64,000 bases of DNA from assembly GCA_002269645.1 (NCBI GenBank), contig NIVC01000166.1, positions 434,001-498,000 on the forward strand, read 5' to 3'. How positions within the stretch are numbered: the stretch's first letter is position 1; every line of letters begins with the position of its first letter. This stretch comes from Macrostomum lignano (Eukaryota). The position numbers were made by a program, and so were the translations under genes. This document shows positions 13,572 through 36,700 of this stretch, piece after piece. Under the pieces are notes generated by a model. It saw nothing but the letters and a program-made list of their open reading frames with translations, had not been told where the DNA came from and searched no databases.

Positions 13572-13625
13572 CAGTCCGTCAGCGTCCAGGTCTCAGTGTT
13601 GTACAGCAGAACGGTCTCGACACCG
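13572..13625 (-). mobile_element. Short LINE RT C-terminal fragment
   Basis: Reverse complement encodes ETVLLYNTETWTLTD, matching the LINE at ~62947-62995 (ETILLYNAKTWMLTD). Confidence 0.7.
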
Positions 13626-13636
13626 CCCTTGTCAGC

Positions 13637-13735
13637 AGTTGACCAGCTGACTTCGGTGGGTCCCACCAGATTTAACCTGTCTCTGTGGGTCAAGGTCACC
13701 AACCTATCGACACATGAGATGCTTCGGAGTTTCTG
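13637..13735 (+). pseudogene. Diverged partial duplicate of the LamG-like exon
   Basis: VDQLTSVGPTRFNLSLWVKVTNLS versus IDQLASVCLTSFTLSMWVKFTNPS at 12517-12590; the nucleotide similarity is clear. Confidence 0.75.
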
Positions 13736-14371
13736 AGAGAGCTTTGAGAGACTCTGAAGTTGCTCTGCTGCAGGAGCTGTGCTAAACAGTCCATCAATCG
13801 TCCTTGTAGTACATTCTTAAAGAGGTTTTCGTCTGAAAAATACATTTTGCTAACATGGACGTGAAGTATAATCTCGTGACTGCTTTAATAGCGTCTACTT
13901 GTGATTTTAGGCAGATCAACCGCTTATCTATTTCTGTTTAACCTTTAATTGGAGGGACGAGAAACTTTGTTTCTTGGAAACTGTCTCGTCTGGTTGGTTT
14001 ACAAAAATAAGAAGTTATTTTTTTCAGAAATGATCACAAAAATGGTGATAGTTTTTACTGGAAGCTGATCTGAAGATCATCTTTCAGTATAAAACGTCAT
14101 CAGAGTTGTAAAAAGCTTTAGTGTACTTTAGTGGAGGAATTCTGCAGTTTGCGATTGAATAAGTCTATTTTTTATATCGTCGATGCGCTGATACCTAAAA
14201 CCAGATATTTGTATATGTACCCGCATTTCTGTCAGTTATACTGCTTTGATGCTAGGTTATGCTTCAGTATGTTATTGCTTTCCCCAAACAGCCTTGAAAA
14301 GTTGAAGGATGGCATCATGGTAGCAGCAAGAATGACAAGAATTTCTCCTGACGCTTTTTTGGAGGGTTGGG

Positions 14372-14437
14372 GGTTAGCAGAGCAGCTCAGCGGCAACGCG
14401 CTGACGACGCCTGAGCCAGAGTCCCGGGTTCGATGCC
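14372..14437 (+). mobile_element. Possible tRNA-derived SINE head
   Basis: A-box-like AGCTCAGCGG (14384-14393) and B-box-like GGTTCGATGCC (14427-14437), followed by CAGTGGCGTAG, a hAT-MITE-like terminus. No complete cloverleaf. Confidence 0.35.
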
Positions 14438-15676
14438 TGCAGTGGCGTAGACTAAATGGAGACTGGGGAAACATCCCTCAGTTATTCCAATCCTCTAAAA
14501 ATTTTAATGATCTCCTTCAGTGAGGCAAGGGCTCTCGCCCCCCCCCCCCAGTGAGAGCGGTGTGTGCATGAACTGTGGATCAAATTCGTGACTGACACTA
14601 CTGCGCAATGGCAGTAGCGCGCTGGGCATGGCATAAATGCTTAAAGACTTCTACAGCTAGTGTACAAGCGTGCAATGATAGTTTTTTCGAAACTACTAGG
14701 ACTGCTGGAAATTACTGTTGTATTAAGACGTAATACTTCTGTCCACTTTATACATAGGATTTATTTATACTCTAAAAATTAAAGATCTGAATTTCCAAGC
14801 ACTTAGTGAATGATTTTTGCCGTCCGCTATTACGGCGATCACATGAAGCTGACATGGGCTTCATCAGTTTGTCGACTTAATCAGAAAAAATGCATCTGGA
14901 GACTGCAGTCAAATGCGTCATATGGAGCCAACTTTTTCATAAAGGAATTACTCATAGAACGAGTGTTACGCCTTGAGCAACCAGAAATTCTACTTGTCCT
15001 GTTATTCGTATGGATCACGGTAGTCGGTAGAATTAATTGGGACCTTTATTCTTTTTACAACTTTTTGTAAGTCATTGGCACCTAAACTTTGTGACGTGAG
15101 AGTGAGAACCTCTAGAGAAGGAAGGCCGTAGCCTAGCAGTCACCTTTATTTGGGTCTTAATTGGTATATCGGCTTGGGTCTGCTCGTGCGATTGGGGGGG
15201 GGGCGAACCGCCCAAGACATTGTGGTAGTTTACACACTTAACGTTTAGAATATAAAGTTTCTTTTCTATTTTCATTAGCTTGGGTAACATTTGAGTCTAT
15301 TGATTTAATTCTATAACCAATTTGAAACTCTTGGCGCCCCCATAGCCGTATTGTTCGGTAATGAGTTTGCTCAATTCAACTGCGCTGTGCAAAAACAAAA
15401 ATACCCAGATACGCTCGCAGCACTTATTTGTACTTCAGTATATTTTGACGTCAACTCTAGAAAGCACTATTAGGAAAATTCTCGAAGCTTCTAAGGATTG
15501 TAAACAGCTAGCGATTAACTTTAGTCATGACGCATTCAACAAGGTACAAAAATTTATTTATATTCAAAACGGTTTGTATCGCAACTATTTTTTTCTCATG
15601 CAACGGACGCATTGCCAGCGATACAGCCTAGTGACAAGAAAGTATTGCAAGCTGCCACCGCATCACCGCTACCGTG

Positions 15677-16664
15677 ATGTCGGAACGTTCATCAAGCGCT
15701 TATCTACGAATAAAACTAAGCGGAACTTCCTGGACGAAGGAGAAGGAAATCGGGCACGGGTGCTTCGGGAAAGTCTTCCAGGGTGAGCTCCGTACAAATT
15801 TGATCACCCTATGCCTGGCATTAGTCACAGGGAAATCGGTTCTCGATTACAGGTAGACTTGAAGATGGAACTCCAATTGCTGCAAAACAGGTAAAGCTGG
15901 AAGCCAGCTCCATGGATCAAATGCACTCACTTGCTGAAAGAGTTGCCAAAGAGTTGGCGATCCTGGAGTCGGTGACGGGCAGTCACAAGAACATTGTTCG
16001 CTACTATGGCTTCTCCATCAGCGTCAGGTCGAAGTCGATTTACTTTCTCATGCAGCACATCGAGGGACCGACTCTGGACTCCTACGTTAAAAGCATGGCC
16101 GGAGCGATGTCTGAGAATGAGATCCGCGTCATCACTCGCCAGCTGCTGTCGGCCCTAGTCTTTGTCCACGCCAAGGGCATTGTGCACAAGGATGTGAAGC
16201 CGGACAACGTACTCATCAGGTCGAGCGACAACGTCGTAAAGCTGATAGACTTCGGCATCGCTGGGATCTGCGGTCATAAACGGGATTCAATCGGTCCCAT
16301 CGCCTATTCGGCCCCCGAGATCACCGACGAGAGCCTCCCGCAGAGCACCAAGTGCGACAGCTTCTCCCTCGGCCTCACTGTGTACTTCATGGCCACGAAG
16401 AGTCACCCGCTGATGAACGGTGGCGCCGAAGCTCTGATGCTGGCCCTCATGCCGATGATGCTGGCCATCAAGATGAGATCACAAGAGCCTCTGCCGGACA
16501 TGGATTCTAGCAAGTTCTCAAGCGCGCTGTGCTCTTTCTACAAGAGAAGCACGCATAAGCACCCTAGCAACAGATCTTCCTGCTCAGAGCTGCTGTTCAA
16601 GTCGGAGTTCATGACTGGAGTCAGAGAGAACACCCAGGATGGGCAGTCTTGTGCTATTCAGTAA
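15677..16664 (+). CDS. Ser/Thr protein kinase, kinase domain only (STE/MAP3K- or NEK-like, non-RD)
   Basis: Exons 15677-15782 and 15853-16664 (70-nt phase-1 GT-AG intron). IGHGCFGKV, AAK, alphaC KE, HKDVKPDN, DFG, APE, DSFSLG and the subdomain XI Arg are all present. Confidence 0.9.
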
Positions 16665-17324
16665 CTACTGAGTGCTATGCTTAGCGTTAAAGTTCAATCT
16701 GAAATCTAAACATATGAATTCTGATGATTCCTACTTCATGTATACTTAAACCAGCTATCGTCTGATTTGAAACCACATCTGATCTGAACGAACTCAAGTG
16801 TTTGTGACATGTACAGATTTGCTTTCCATTATACAAGGGGTTGCCAGCTGGGCCCCAGGAAATGAAACATTTTATCTTTCATTTAACTCTAACTCCATCT
16901 TTTTTGGACAACTCATCCCTAAAGTTATGGTTAAAAATGTGGTACATTTTGGGTCTCTGTCTTACAGAAAAAAATTTGATTGTTTACGTCAAACTCAAGA
17001 GACACTTGTGACTGTTATAGACAAGCTATCAGTAAAATTTTGCCATATACAGCCATCTACTGGTTTTCTTTCCTAAGTAGTTCCTGACTGCAAATAATCT
17101 TTGTAATATAGATTTTGTCAGCCTAACTTTATAATAAAGCCACCCAAACTGAGAATCGATCGGCTAATTGTAAGCCGTGTACTTTATTTATTTATTCGAA
17201 ACAGTGGTTGAGAAAGGTTGTGTTCGGAGGGGGGCTGAGAAAGAGAGAAAAAAGAAAATATGTCGTATTTTCACGAAACCCTCCGTCTTTTTTGATTTAC
17301 AAAAATTGCTAGGAATAGTCTGTA

Positions 17325-18730
17325 GCCAGATCAGACAGTCTGTTAGCCAGATCGGACAGTCTGTAGCCAGATCAGACAGTCTGTAGCCAGATCAGACAGT
17401 CTGTAGCCAGATCAGACAGTCTGTAGCCAGATGAGACAGTCTGTAGCCAGATCAGACAGTCTGTAGCCAGATCAGACAGACTGTAGCCAGATCAGACAGT
17501 CTGTTAGCCAGATCAGACAGTCTGTAGCCAGATCAGAAGTCTGTAGCCAGATCAGACAGTCTGTAGCCAGATCAGACAGTCTGTAGCCAGATCAGAAGTC
17601 TGTAGGCAGATCAGACAGTCTGTAGCCAGATCAGACTGTCTGTAGCCAGATCAGACAGTCTGTAGCCAGATCAGACAGTCTGTAGCCAGATCAGACAGTC
17701 TGTAGCCAGATCAGACAGTCTGTAGCCAGATTAGATAGTCTGTAGCCAGATCAGATAGTCTGTAGCCAGATTAGATAGTCTGTAGCCAGACCAGATAGTC
17801 TGTAGCCAGATTAGATAGTCTGTAGCCAGATTAGATAGTCTGTAGCCAGATCAGATAGTCTGTAGCCAGATCAGACAGTCTGTAGCCAGATCAGACAGTC
17901 TGTAGCCAGATCAGACAGTCTGTAGCCAGATCAGACAGTCTGTAGCCAGATCAGACAGTCTGTAGCCAGATCAGACAGTCTGTAGCCAGATCAGACAGTC
18001 TGTAGCCAGATCAGACAGTCTGTAGCCAGATCAGACAGTCTGTAGCCAGATCAGACAGTCTGTAGCCAGATCAGACAGTCTGTAGCCAGATCAGACAGTC
18101 TGTAGCCAGATCAGACAGTCTGTAGCCAGATCAGACAGTCTGTAGCCAGATCAGACAGTCTGTAGCCAGATCAGACAGTCTGTAGCCAGATCAGACAGTC
18201 TGTAGCCATATCAGAAGTCTGTAGCCAGATCAGACAGTCTGTAGCCAGATCAGACAGTCTGTAGCCAGATCAGACAGTCTGTAGCCAGATCAGACAGTCT
18301 GTAGCCAGATCAGACAGTCTGTTAGCCAGATCAGAGCCAGATCAGACAGTCTGTTAGCCAGATCAGACAGTCTGTAGCCAGATCAGACAGTCTGTAGCTA
18401 GATCAGACAGTCTGTAGCCAGATCAGACAGTCTGTAGCCAGATCAGACAGTCTGTAGCCAGATCAGACAGTCTGTAGCCAGATCAGACAGTCTGTAGCCA
18501 GATCAGACAGTCTGTAGCCAGATCAGACAGTCTGTAGCCAGATCAGACAGTCTGTAGCCAGATCAGACAGTCTGTAGCCAGATCAGACAGTCTGTAGCCA
18601 GATCAGACAGTCTGTAGCCAGATCAGACAGTCTGTAGCCAGATCAGACAGTCTGTAGCCAGATCAGACAGTCTGTAGCCAGATCAGACAGTCTGTAGCCA
18701 GACCAGACAGTCTGTAGCCACACCTGACAG
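17325..18730. repeat. 20-bp minisatellite array (~70 units)
   Basis: (TCTGTAGCCAGATCAGACAG)n. Confidence 0.98.
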
Positions 18731-18998
18731 TCTATATTGGCTGAAGGAGCAGCCCGACATCCGCACAGCCCCTGATCACAAACTGGTGATCAGGGTGCCA
18801 CGATGAGATTCCCACACACGATACAGAAACAAGCATTTAAGACATTCGCCTAACTTTTGTGCCCCAGCGTCAGTTGAGGGGGGGGACACTAGAAACGCTA
18901 AAGTATTAATTTGCATCATTCTTTATGACCTGTTAATCATGTGCAAAAGTGCGAAAAGTGCAAAAGTGCCATGATTGCGCAATTCTAGGCTGAACTGC

Positions 18999-24206
<5,208 letters not shown>

Positions 24207-24682
24207 GCTTGCTTGATCGATTGATTTTTTAGGATAAATCCATGGCTGAAACATACTACTTTCCTAGTGGCAATCAGTAGTTGGCTCGATTTTTGAAAGT
24301 TTCGCATATAGTGACAGGGACTAGGAAAGTTTTTTACATTTTTTTCTACGAAGTGCTGAAATTTGACGGCGTTTCTACATTTTGAATTTTTTATTTAATC
24401 AGCTGGCCAAACATTTATTGGCACATTGCAGTTGCAGTTTTGAGTTCATATCGCTGCTTCTACATGTAAGCGTTCTACCGGGCTAAGAGCACTAGCTTGT
24501 TTTTGAAACTGCCGACTATCTTTGCTATTTTATTATTGGACTGTGTCATTTCGGAAAATTTCCCAAGCTATAGATTCCACAAAAGATTCCTAAGGTGACA
24601 TATTTTGCATTTATTTATTTACAGCTAATGGACAGGTATTTTGCATTAGTCTTTGATAATGCGCAGATCAAGCGTAGAGCTG

Positions 24683-25892
24683 CCACTGAACTGCACTCGG
24701 CCATAGACAATAAAGCCAATCAAAGCCACACTGCCACAGAACTGCACTCGGCCATAGACAATAAAGTCAATCAAAGCCACGCTGCCACAGAACTGCACTC
24801 GGCCATAGACAATAAAGCCAATCAAAGCCACGCTGCCACAGAACTGCACTCGGCCATAGACAATAAAGCCAATCAAAGCCACTGCCACAGAACTGCACTC
24901 GGCCATAGACAATAAAGCCAATCAAAGCCACGCTGCCACAGAACTGCACTCGGCCATAGACAATAAAGCCAATCAAAGCCACGCTGCCACAGAACTGCAC
25001 TCGGCCATAGACAATAAAGCCAATCAAAGCCACTGCCACAGAACTGCACTCGGCCATAGACAATAAAGCCAATCAAAGCCACTGCCACAGAACTGCACTC
25101 GGCCATAGACAATAAAGCCAATCAAAGCCACTGCCACAGAACTGCACTCGGCCATAGACAATAAAGTCAATCAAAGCCACTGCCACAGAACTGCACTCGG
25201 CCATAGACAATAAAGTCAATCAAAGCCACACTGCCACAGAAGTCAGAACTGCACTCGGCCATAGACAATAAAGTCAATCAAAGCCACGCTGCCACAGAAC
25301 TGCACTCGGCCATAGACAATAAAGCCAATCAAAGCCACGCTGCCACAGAACTGCACTCGGCCATAGACAATAAAGCCAATCAAAGCCACTGCCACAGAAC
25401 TGCACTCGGCCATAGACAATAAAGCCAATCAAAGCCACGCTGCCACAGAACTGCACTCGGCCATAGACAATAAAGCCAATCAAAGCCACGCTGCCACAGA
25501 ACTGCACTCGGCCATAGAAAATAAAGCCAATCAAAGCCACTGCCACAGAACTGCACTCGGCCATAGACAATAAAGCCAATCAAAGCCACTGCCACAGAAC
25601 TGCACTCGGCCATAGACAATAAAGTCAATCAAAGCCACTGCCACAGAACTGCACTCGGCCATAGACAATAAAGTCAATCAAAGCCACACTGCCACAGAAG
25701 TCAGAACTGCACTCGGCCATAGACAATAAAGTCAATCAAAGCCACGCTGCCACAGAACTGCACTCGGCCATAGACAATAAAGTCAATCAAAGCCACGCTG
25801 CCACAGAACTGCACTCGGCCATAGACAATAAAGTCAATCAAAGCCACGCTGCCACAGAACTGCACTCGGTCATAGACAACAAAGTCAATCAA
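24683..25892. repeat. 43-46-bp minisatellite (copy 1)
   Basis: (GCCACAGAACTGCACTCGGCCATAGACAATAAAGCCAATCAAAGCCAC[GCT])n. Confidence 0.97.
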
Positions 25893-26592
25893 GCTGATGA
25901 AATGCCATTTAAAAGGACAGTTCTCAATTCACTCATAAACTCACTCACTGCAAGTCAACCCGGCTTTCGAAGGCGCTTCCCCCTGGAAATCGAGTTAGAA
26001 TTTCAAAGCAAGTTTTCTAGCCACAGAACTTTATTTGACCAGACTTAATATGCATAAGCTTTTAGTACATGTATCTTATAGTTAAACGCATTAATGAATA
26101 GAGATTTATACGTAACATGGCTTTGATTCCGAGACCGTATACGAGTAGTTCGAGTTCGAGTCAAGACTATGATTGAACATTTGAACTACCAAAAGTTAGC
26201 AGGCCAGCAAGCCTAAAAAAACCTCGGGTGATCCGTGTTATAGCCACCTTTCGGACAGGGCATTTAAATATTCGAACGTACGCCAATGATGTGAGTGAAG
26301 TACACGTACGTACAGGCCGACGGTTCAACTGGTGTAGCTAAGAAGCTAAATAATGACATATAGATAATACAGCCATACGTGATATTTTTAGTACAAACAC
26401 AAACCAGTACTGAGGTACATGCGAGTAAAAAAATTAAATAAACCATTAGCAATCAAAACCTTGAAAGCGGGAAACTATTGAATTGCGGACGTACACGAAA
26501 CCACTTTTCATTTTAGCATTATTATAGAAAGTGTCTTATGACACAATTACGTTAAAGTAGTTATATTCAGTGTATCAATTTCACTCCAGCTT

Positions 26593-26782
26593 CATTTCTC
26601 ATCACATGTTTCCATCTTCTTTGGTTCATCGGGCGGCGAAGCATCATCCAAGTTTCCGGCCACCTCAACCTGCACAGTCTCCGTTTTCGGCAGCGACAGC
26701 TCCTTGGACTTCTGTTTCTCCGTGTCGACCGTCGTGGACTGCTCAGTGGAGCTTGCTGGCTTTCTCTTCTTAGCCAGATCAG
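26593..26782 (-). pseudogene. 5'-truncated duplicate of the 3' end of the IQ-like exon at 34695-35168
   Basis: Identical to ~34696-34885 (DLAKKRKPASS...METCDEK), then switches into the 20-bp minisatellite. Confidence 0.85.
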
Positions 26783-27370
26783 ACAGTCTGTAGCCAGATC
26801 AGACAGTCTGTAGCCAGATCAGACAGTCTGTAGCCAGATCAGACAGTCTGTAGCCAGATCAGACAGTCTGTAGCCAGATCAGACAGTCTGTAGCCATATC
26901 AGAAGTCTGTAGCCAGATCAGACAGTCTGTAGCCAGATCAGACAGTCTGTAGCCAGATCAGACAGTCTGTAGCCAGATCAGACAGTCTGTAGCCAGATCA
27001 GACAGTCTGTTAGCCAGATCAGAGCCAGATCAGACAGTCTGTTAGCCAGATCAGACAGTCTGTAGCCAGATCAGACAGTCTGTAGCTAGATCAGACAGTC
27101 TGTAGCCAGATCAGACAGTCTGTAGCCAGATCAGACAGTCTGTAGCCAGATCAGACAGTCTGTAGCCAGATCAGACAGTCTGTAGCCAGATCAGACAGTC
27201 TGTAGCCAGATCAGACAGTCTGTAGCCAGATCAGACAGTCTGTAGCCAGATCAGACAGTCTGTAGCCAGATCAGACAGTCTGTAGCCAGATCAGACAGTC
27301 TGTAGCCAGATCAGACAGTCTGTAGCCAGATCAGACAGTCTGTAGCCAGACCAGACAGTCTGTAGCCACA
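26771..27370. repeat. 20-bp minisatellite (duplicated tail of the 17325-18730 array)
   Basis: Same unit and the same variant units in the same order. Confidence 0.97.
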
Positions 27371-27645
27371 CCTGACAGTCTATATTGGCTGAAGGAGCAG
27401 CCCGACATCCGCACAGCCCCTGATCACAAACTGGTGATCAGGGTGCCACGATGAGATTCCCACACACGATACAGAAACAAGCATTTAAGACATTCGCCTA
27501 ACTTTTGTGCCCCAGCGTCAGTTGAGGGGGGGACACTAGAAACGCTAAAGTATTAATTTGCATCATTCTTTATGACCTGTTAATCATGTGCAAAAGTGCG
27601 AAAAGTGCAAAAGTGCCATGATTGCGCAATTCTAGGCTGAACTGC

Positions 27646-32300
<4,655 letters not shown>

Positions 32301-32781
32301 TGATTGCTTGCTTGATCGATTGATTTTTTAGGATAAATCCATGGCTGAAACATACTACTTTCCTAGTGGCAATCAGTAGTTGGCTCGATTTTTGAAAGTT
32401 TCGCATATAGTGACAGGGACTAGGAAAGTTTTTTACATTTTTTTCTACGAAGTGCTGAAATTTGACGGCGTTTCTACATTTTGAATTTTTTATTTAATCA
32501 GCTGGCCAAACATTTATTGGCACATTGCAGTTGCAGTTTTGAGTTCATATCGCTGCTTCTACATGTAAGCGTTCTACCGGGCTAAGAGCACTAGCTTGTT
32601 TTTGAAACTGCCGACTATCTTTGCTATTTTATTATTGGACTGTGTCATTTCGGAAAATTTCCCAAGCTATAGATTCCACAAAAGATTCCTAAGGTGACAT
32701 ATTTTGCATTTATTTATTTACAGCTAATGGACAGGTATTTTACATTAGTCTTTGATAATGCGCAGATCAAGCGTAGAGCTG

Positions 32782-33995
32782 CCACTGAACTGCACTCGGC
32801 CATAGACAATAAAGCCAATCAAAGCCACACTGCCACAGAACTGCACTCGGCCATAGACAATAAAGTCAATCAAAGCCACACTGCCACAGAACTGCACTCG
32901 GCCATAGACAATAAAGCCAATCAAAGCCACGCTGCCACAGAACTGCACTCGGCCATAGACAATAAAGCCAATCAAAGCCACTGCCACAGAACTGCACTCG
33001 GCCATAGACAATAAAGCCAATCAAAGCCACGCTGCCACAGAACTGCACTCGGCCATAGACAATAAAGCCAATCAAAGCCACGCTGCCACAGAACTGCACT
33101 CGGCCATAGACAATAAAGCCAATCAAAGCCACTGCCACAGAACTGCACTCGGCCATAGACAATAAAGCCAATCAAAGCCACTGCCACAGAACTGCACTCG
33201 GCCATAGACAATAAAGCCAATCAAAGCCACGCTGCCACAGAACTGCACTCGGCCATAGACAATAAAGCCAATCAAAGCCACGCTGCCACAGAACTGCACT
33301 CGGCCATAGACAATAAAGCCAATCAAAGCCACACTGCCACAGAAGTCAGAACTGCACTCGGCCATAGACAATAAAGTCAATCAAAGCCACGCTGCCACAG
33401 AACTGCACTCGGCCATAGACAATAAAGCCAATCAAAGCCACGCTGCCACAGAACTGCACTCGGCCATAGACAATAAAGCCAATCAAAGCCACTGCCACAG
33501 AACTGCACTCGGCCATAGACAATAAAGCCAATCAAAGCCACGCTGCCACAGAACTGCACTCGGCCATAGACAATAAAGCCAATCAAAGCCACGCTGCCAC
33601 AGAACTGCACTCGGCCATAGACAATAAAGCCAATCAAAGCCACTGCCACAGAACTGCACTCGGCCATAGACAATAAAGCCAATCAAAGCCACTGCCACAG
33701 AACTGCACTCGGCCATAGACAATAAAGTCAATCAAAGCCACTGCCACAGAACTGCACTCGGCCATAGACAATAAAGTCAATCAAAGCCACACTGCCACAG
33801 AAGTCAGAACTGCACTCGGCCATAGACAATAAAGTCAATCAAAGCCACGCTGCCACAGAACTGCACTCGGCCATAGACAATAAAGTCAATCAAAGCCACG
33901 CTGCCACAGAACTGCACTCGGCCATAGACAATAAAGTCAATCAAAGCCACGCTGCCACAGAACTGCACTCGGTCATAGACAACAAAGTCAATCAA
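32782..33995. repeat. 43-46-bp minisatellite (copy 2)
   Basis: Same unit as 24683-25892. Confidence 0.97.
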
Positions 33996-34694
33996 GCTGA
34001 TGAAATGCCATTTAAAAGGACAGTTCTCAATTCACTCATAAACTCACTCACTGCAAGTCAACCCGGCTTTCGAAGGCGCTTCCCCCTGGAAATCGAGTTA
34101 GAATTTCAAAGCAAGTTTTCTAGCCACAGAACTTTATTTGACCAGACTTAATATGCATAAGCTTTTAGTACATGTATCTTATAGTTAAACGCATTAATGA
34201 ATAGAGATTTATACGTAACATGGCTTTGATTCCGAGACCGTATACGAGTAGTTCGAGTTCGAGTCAAGACTATGATTGAACATTTGAACTACCAAAAGTT
34301 AGCAGGCCAGCAAGCCTAAAAAAACCTCGGGTGATCCGTGTTATAGCCACCTTTCGGACAGGGCATTTAAATATTCGAACGTACGCCAATGATGTGAGTG
34401 AAGTACACGTACGTACAGGCCGACGGTTCAACTGGTGTAGCTAAGAAGCTAAATAATGACATATAGATAATACAGCCATACGTGATATTTTTAGTACAAA
34501 CACAAACCAGTACTGAGGTACATGCGAGTAAAAAAATTAAATAAACCATTAGCAATCAAAACCTTGAAAGCGGGAAACTATTGAATTGCGGACGTACACG
34601 AAACCACTTTTCATTTTAGCATTATTATAGAAAGTGTCTTATGACACAATTACGTTAAAGTAGTTATATTCAGTGTATCAATTTCACTCCAGCT

Positions 34695-35168
34695 TCATTT
34701 CTCATCACATGTTTCCATCTTCTTTGGTTCATCGGGCGGCGAAGCATCATCCAAGTTTCCGGCCACCTCAACCTGCACAGTCTCCGTTTTCGGCAGCGAC
34801 AGCTCCTTGGACTTCTGTTTCTCCGTGTCGACCGTCGTGGACTGCTCAGTGGAGCTTGCTGGCTTTCTCTTCTTAGCCAGATCAGCCAGCGTCGGTTTGG
34901 CGTCGTGGCTCACGTGTTGGTGATAGAACGTGTCGGCGCTCGAGTTCACATCGCCCCACCATCGACGAATCCGGCCGCAGATGGTGCCGTCTTCTTGCTG
35001 CTGCTGTTGCTGCTTTCTCTTCTGGTTGCTGCGAAACCAGCGCTGGATGCAGACTGCAGCACCGGCCTCGCCATGAAGCTTGGCGCCTTTTCTGCGCCGT
35101 TTGTCCAGCGCCTCTTGCTGCTTTAGCAGCTGCTTCTGCTGCAGCTTGTTCACTGCTGAGCCGGACAC
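34695..35168 (-). CDS. Coding exon of an unknown, mostly charged/low-complexity protein with an IQ-like motif
   Basis: 157-codon ORF starting right after an acceptor (AATATCGCAG|GTG TCC), containing AAVCIQRWFR. GC-rich and coding-like. No upstream coding exon resolved. Confidence 0.6.
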   Translation of the reverse strand: MSGSAVNKLQQKQLLKQQEALDKRRRKGAKLHGEAGAAVCIQRWFRSNQKRKQQQQQQEDGTICGRIRRWWGDVNSSADTFYHQHVSHDAKPTLADLAKKRKPASSTEQSTTVDTEKQKSKELSLPKTETVQVEVAGNLDDASPPDEPKKMETCDEK

Positions 35169-36169
35169 CTGCGATATTTTTGAGCAAGGGAGAAGCTGCT
35201 GTCAGTGAACCTGGCACAATGACTTACACAAAGCACTGCTCACTCTGGAGCGGCGTCCAGCAACCTAACCGCTTCCAGACACTGAACAAGAGTACATTAA
35301 TACGTATTAAATTTCCACGAAGAATTTACATGTACTCGCACTTGTAACGCTTTTTTCAATAAGACACGTTCCTTAAAAACCGCTTTTGTTTTTTTATTGG
35401 AGCGTTTGATTGTGTCTATGGCAAAAACCTCCATTGGTGTACTGCATCATAGGTGCAGGATTGAAATGATCACCCCTCCTGTCAACCCTCTCTAGTGTGC
35501 AAGATTGATTTTGTCTATGGTTAAACTTCTTTGTGCATGATTAAAATAGAATCAGATAACAATGAGACTCATGAACGCTAACTCATAACTGATAATGACG
35601 CACTCGTTAGCGTCGTAACCTGGTAATCCTTCTGCGTGCATAAAATATAGCCAACAAGCAAAACAGCGAGGCAGTTTAACTGTGGATCTGCGCTCACCAG
35701 GTTCATGCTTTGATCCGTTCTAGGCTTTCTTTGGAATACGACGTTTACTTTTTGGTAGATTAATTTTTACGATTCTATCGAGACTCGCGGCTTTTATTCC
35801 TGTCTTCCACTGCCGACTGTCTCAGCGCCTGCCTTTTTCTCTCCTGGCTGATTTCTCTGTCTGGCCTAATCTGCTTTTTAGTCTTCTTCTTCTTCTTCGG
35901 GAACAATTTTGGGGATTTAGGCTATTATATATAGAACCGGTTTGGCTCCCGGATTTATGGAGGTGGGTTGTTGGGGTGAACGAAAATTGTCCTTACTTTG
36001 CACAAATGTTGATTTAATCTGTGCGTGCATGCAGTGCCGTACAGAGTCTGTGCCTGTGTCTGGGTTATGCTGCATGTGCCACAGCTTTTATGACCAATCT
36101 TGTGAGTAAAGCCGATGTTCGCGCGAGTTCTTGATTGCCGCTCTGGAGTAAATTCATAACTCCATGAAC

Positions 36170-36170
36170 C

Positions 36171-36233
<63 letters not shown>

Positions 36234-36700
36234 TGACTGACTGACTGACTGACTGACTGACTGACTGACTGACTGACTGACTGACTGACTGACTGACTGA
36301 CTGACTGACTGACTGACTGACTGACTGACTGACTGACTGACTGACTGACTGACTGACTGACTGACTGACTGACTGACTGACTGACTGACTGACTGACTGA
36401 CTGACTGACTGACTGACTGACTGACTGACTGACTGACTGACTGACTGACTGACTGACTGACTGACTGACTGACTGACTGACTGACTGACTGACTGACTGA
36501 CTGACTGACTGACTGACTGACTGACTGACTGACTGACTGACTGACTGACTGACTGACTGACTGACTGACTGACTGACTGACTGACTGACTGACTGACTGA
36601 CTGACTGACTGACTGACTGACTGACTGACTGACTGACTGACTGATCGACTGACTGACTGACTGACTGACTGACTGACTGACTCACTGACTGACCGACTGA
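36170..36700. repeat. Compound (GACA)n-(GACT)n microsatellite
   Basis: Visible directly. Confidence 0.98.

Noticed and set aside
18750-18800. PDHKLVI resembling an APE-endonuclease SDH motif
   Set aside because: Too short, with no supporting flanking similarity.
24683-25892. 43-46-bp repeat array resembling CRISPR
   Set aside because: Units are directly adjacent with no unique spacers, there are no cas genes, and the context is eukaryotic. The same applies to all other arrays.
26593-26900. Chimeric minisatellite-exon ORF at the duplication junction
   Set aside because: The 20-bp unit puts a TGA in the reading path every 60 nt on the minus strand.
35775-35910. Lys/Arg-rich minus-strand frame (PKKKKKTKKQ...) as upstream exon of the IQ-like gene
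   Set aside because: It ends in an in-frame TAG and has no suitable donor.
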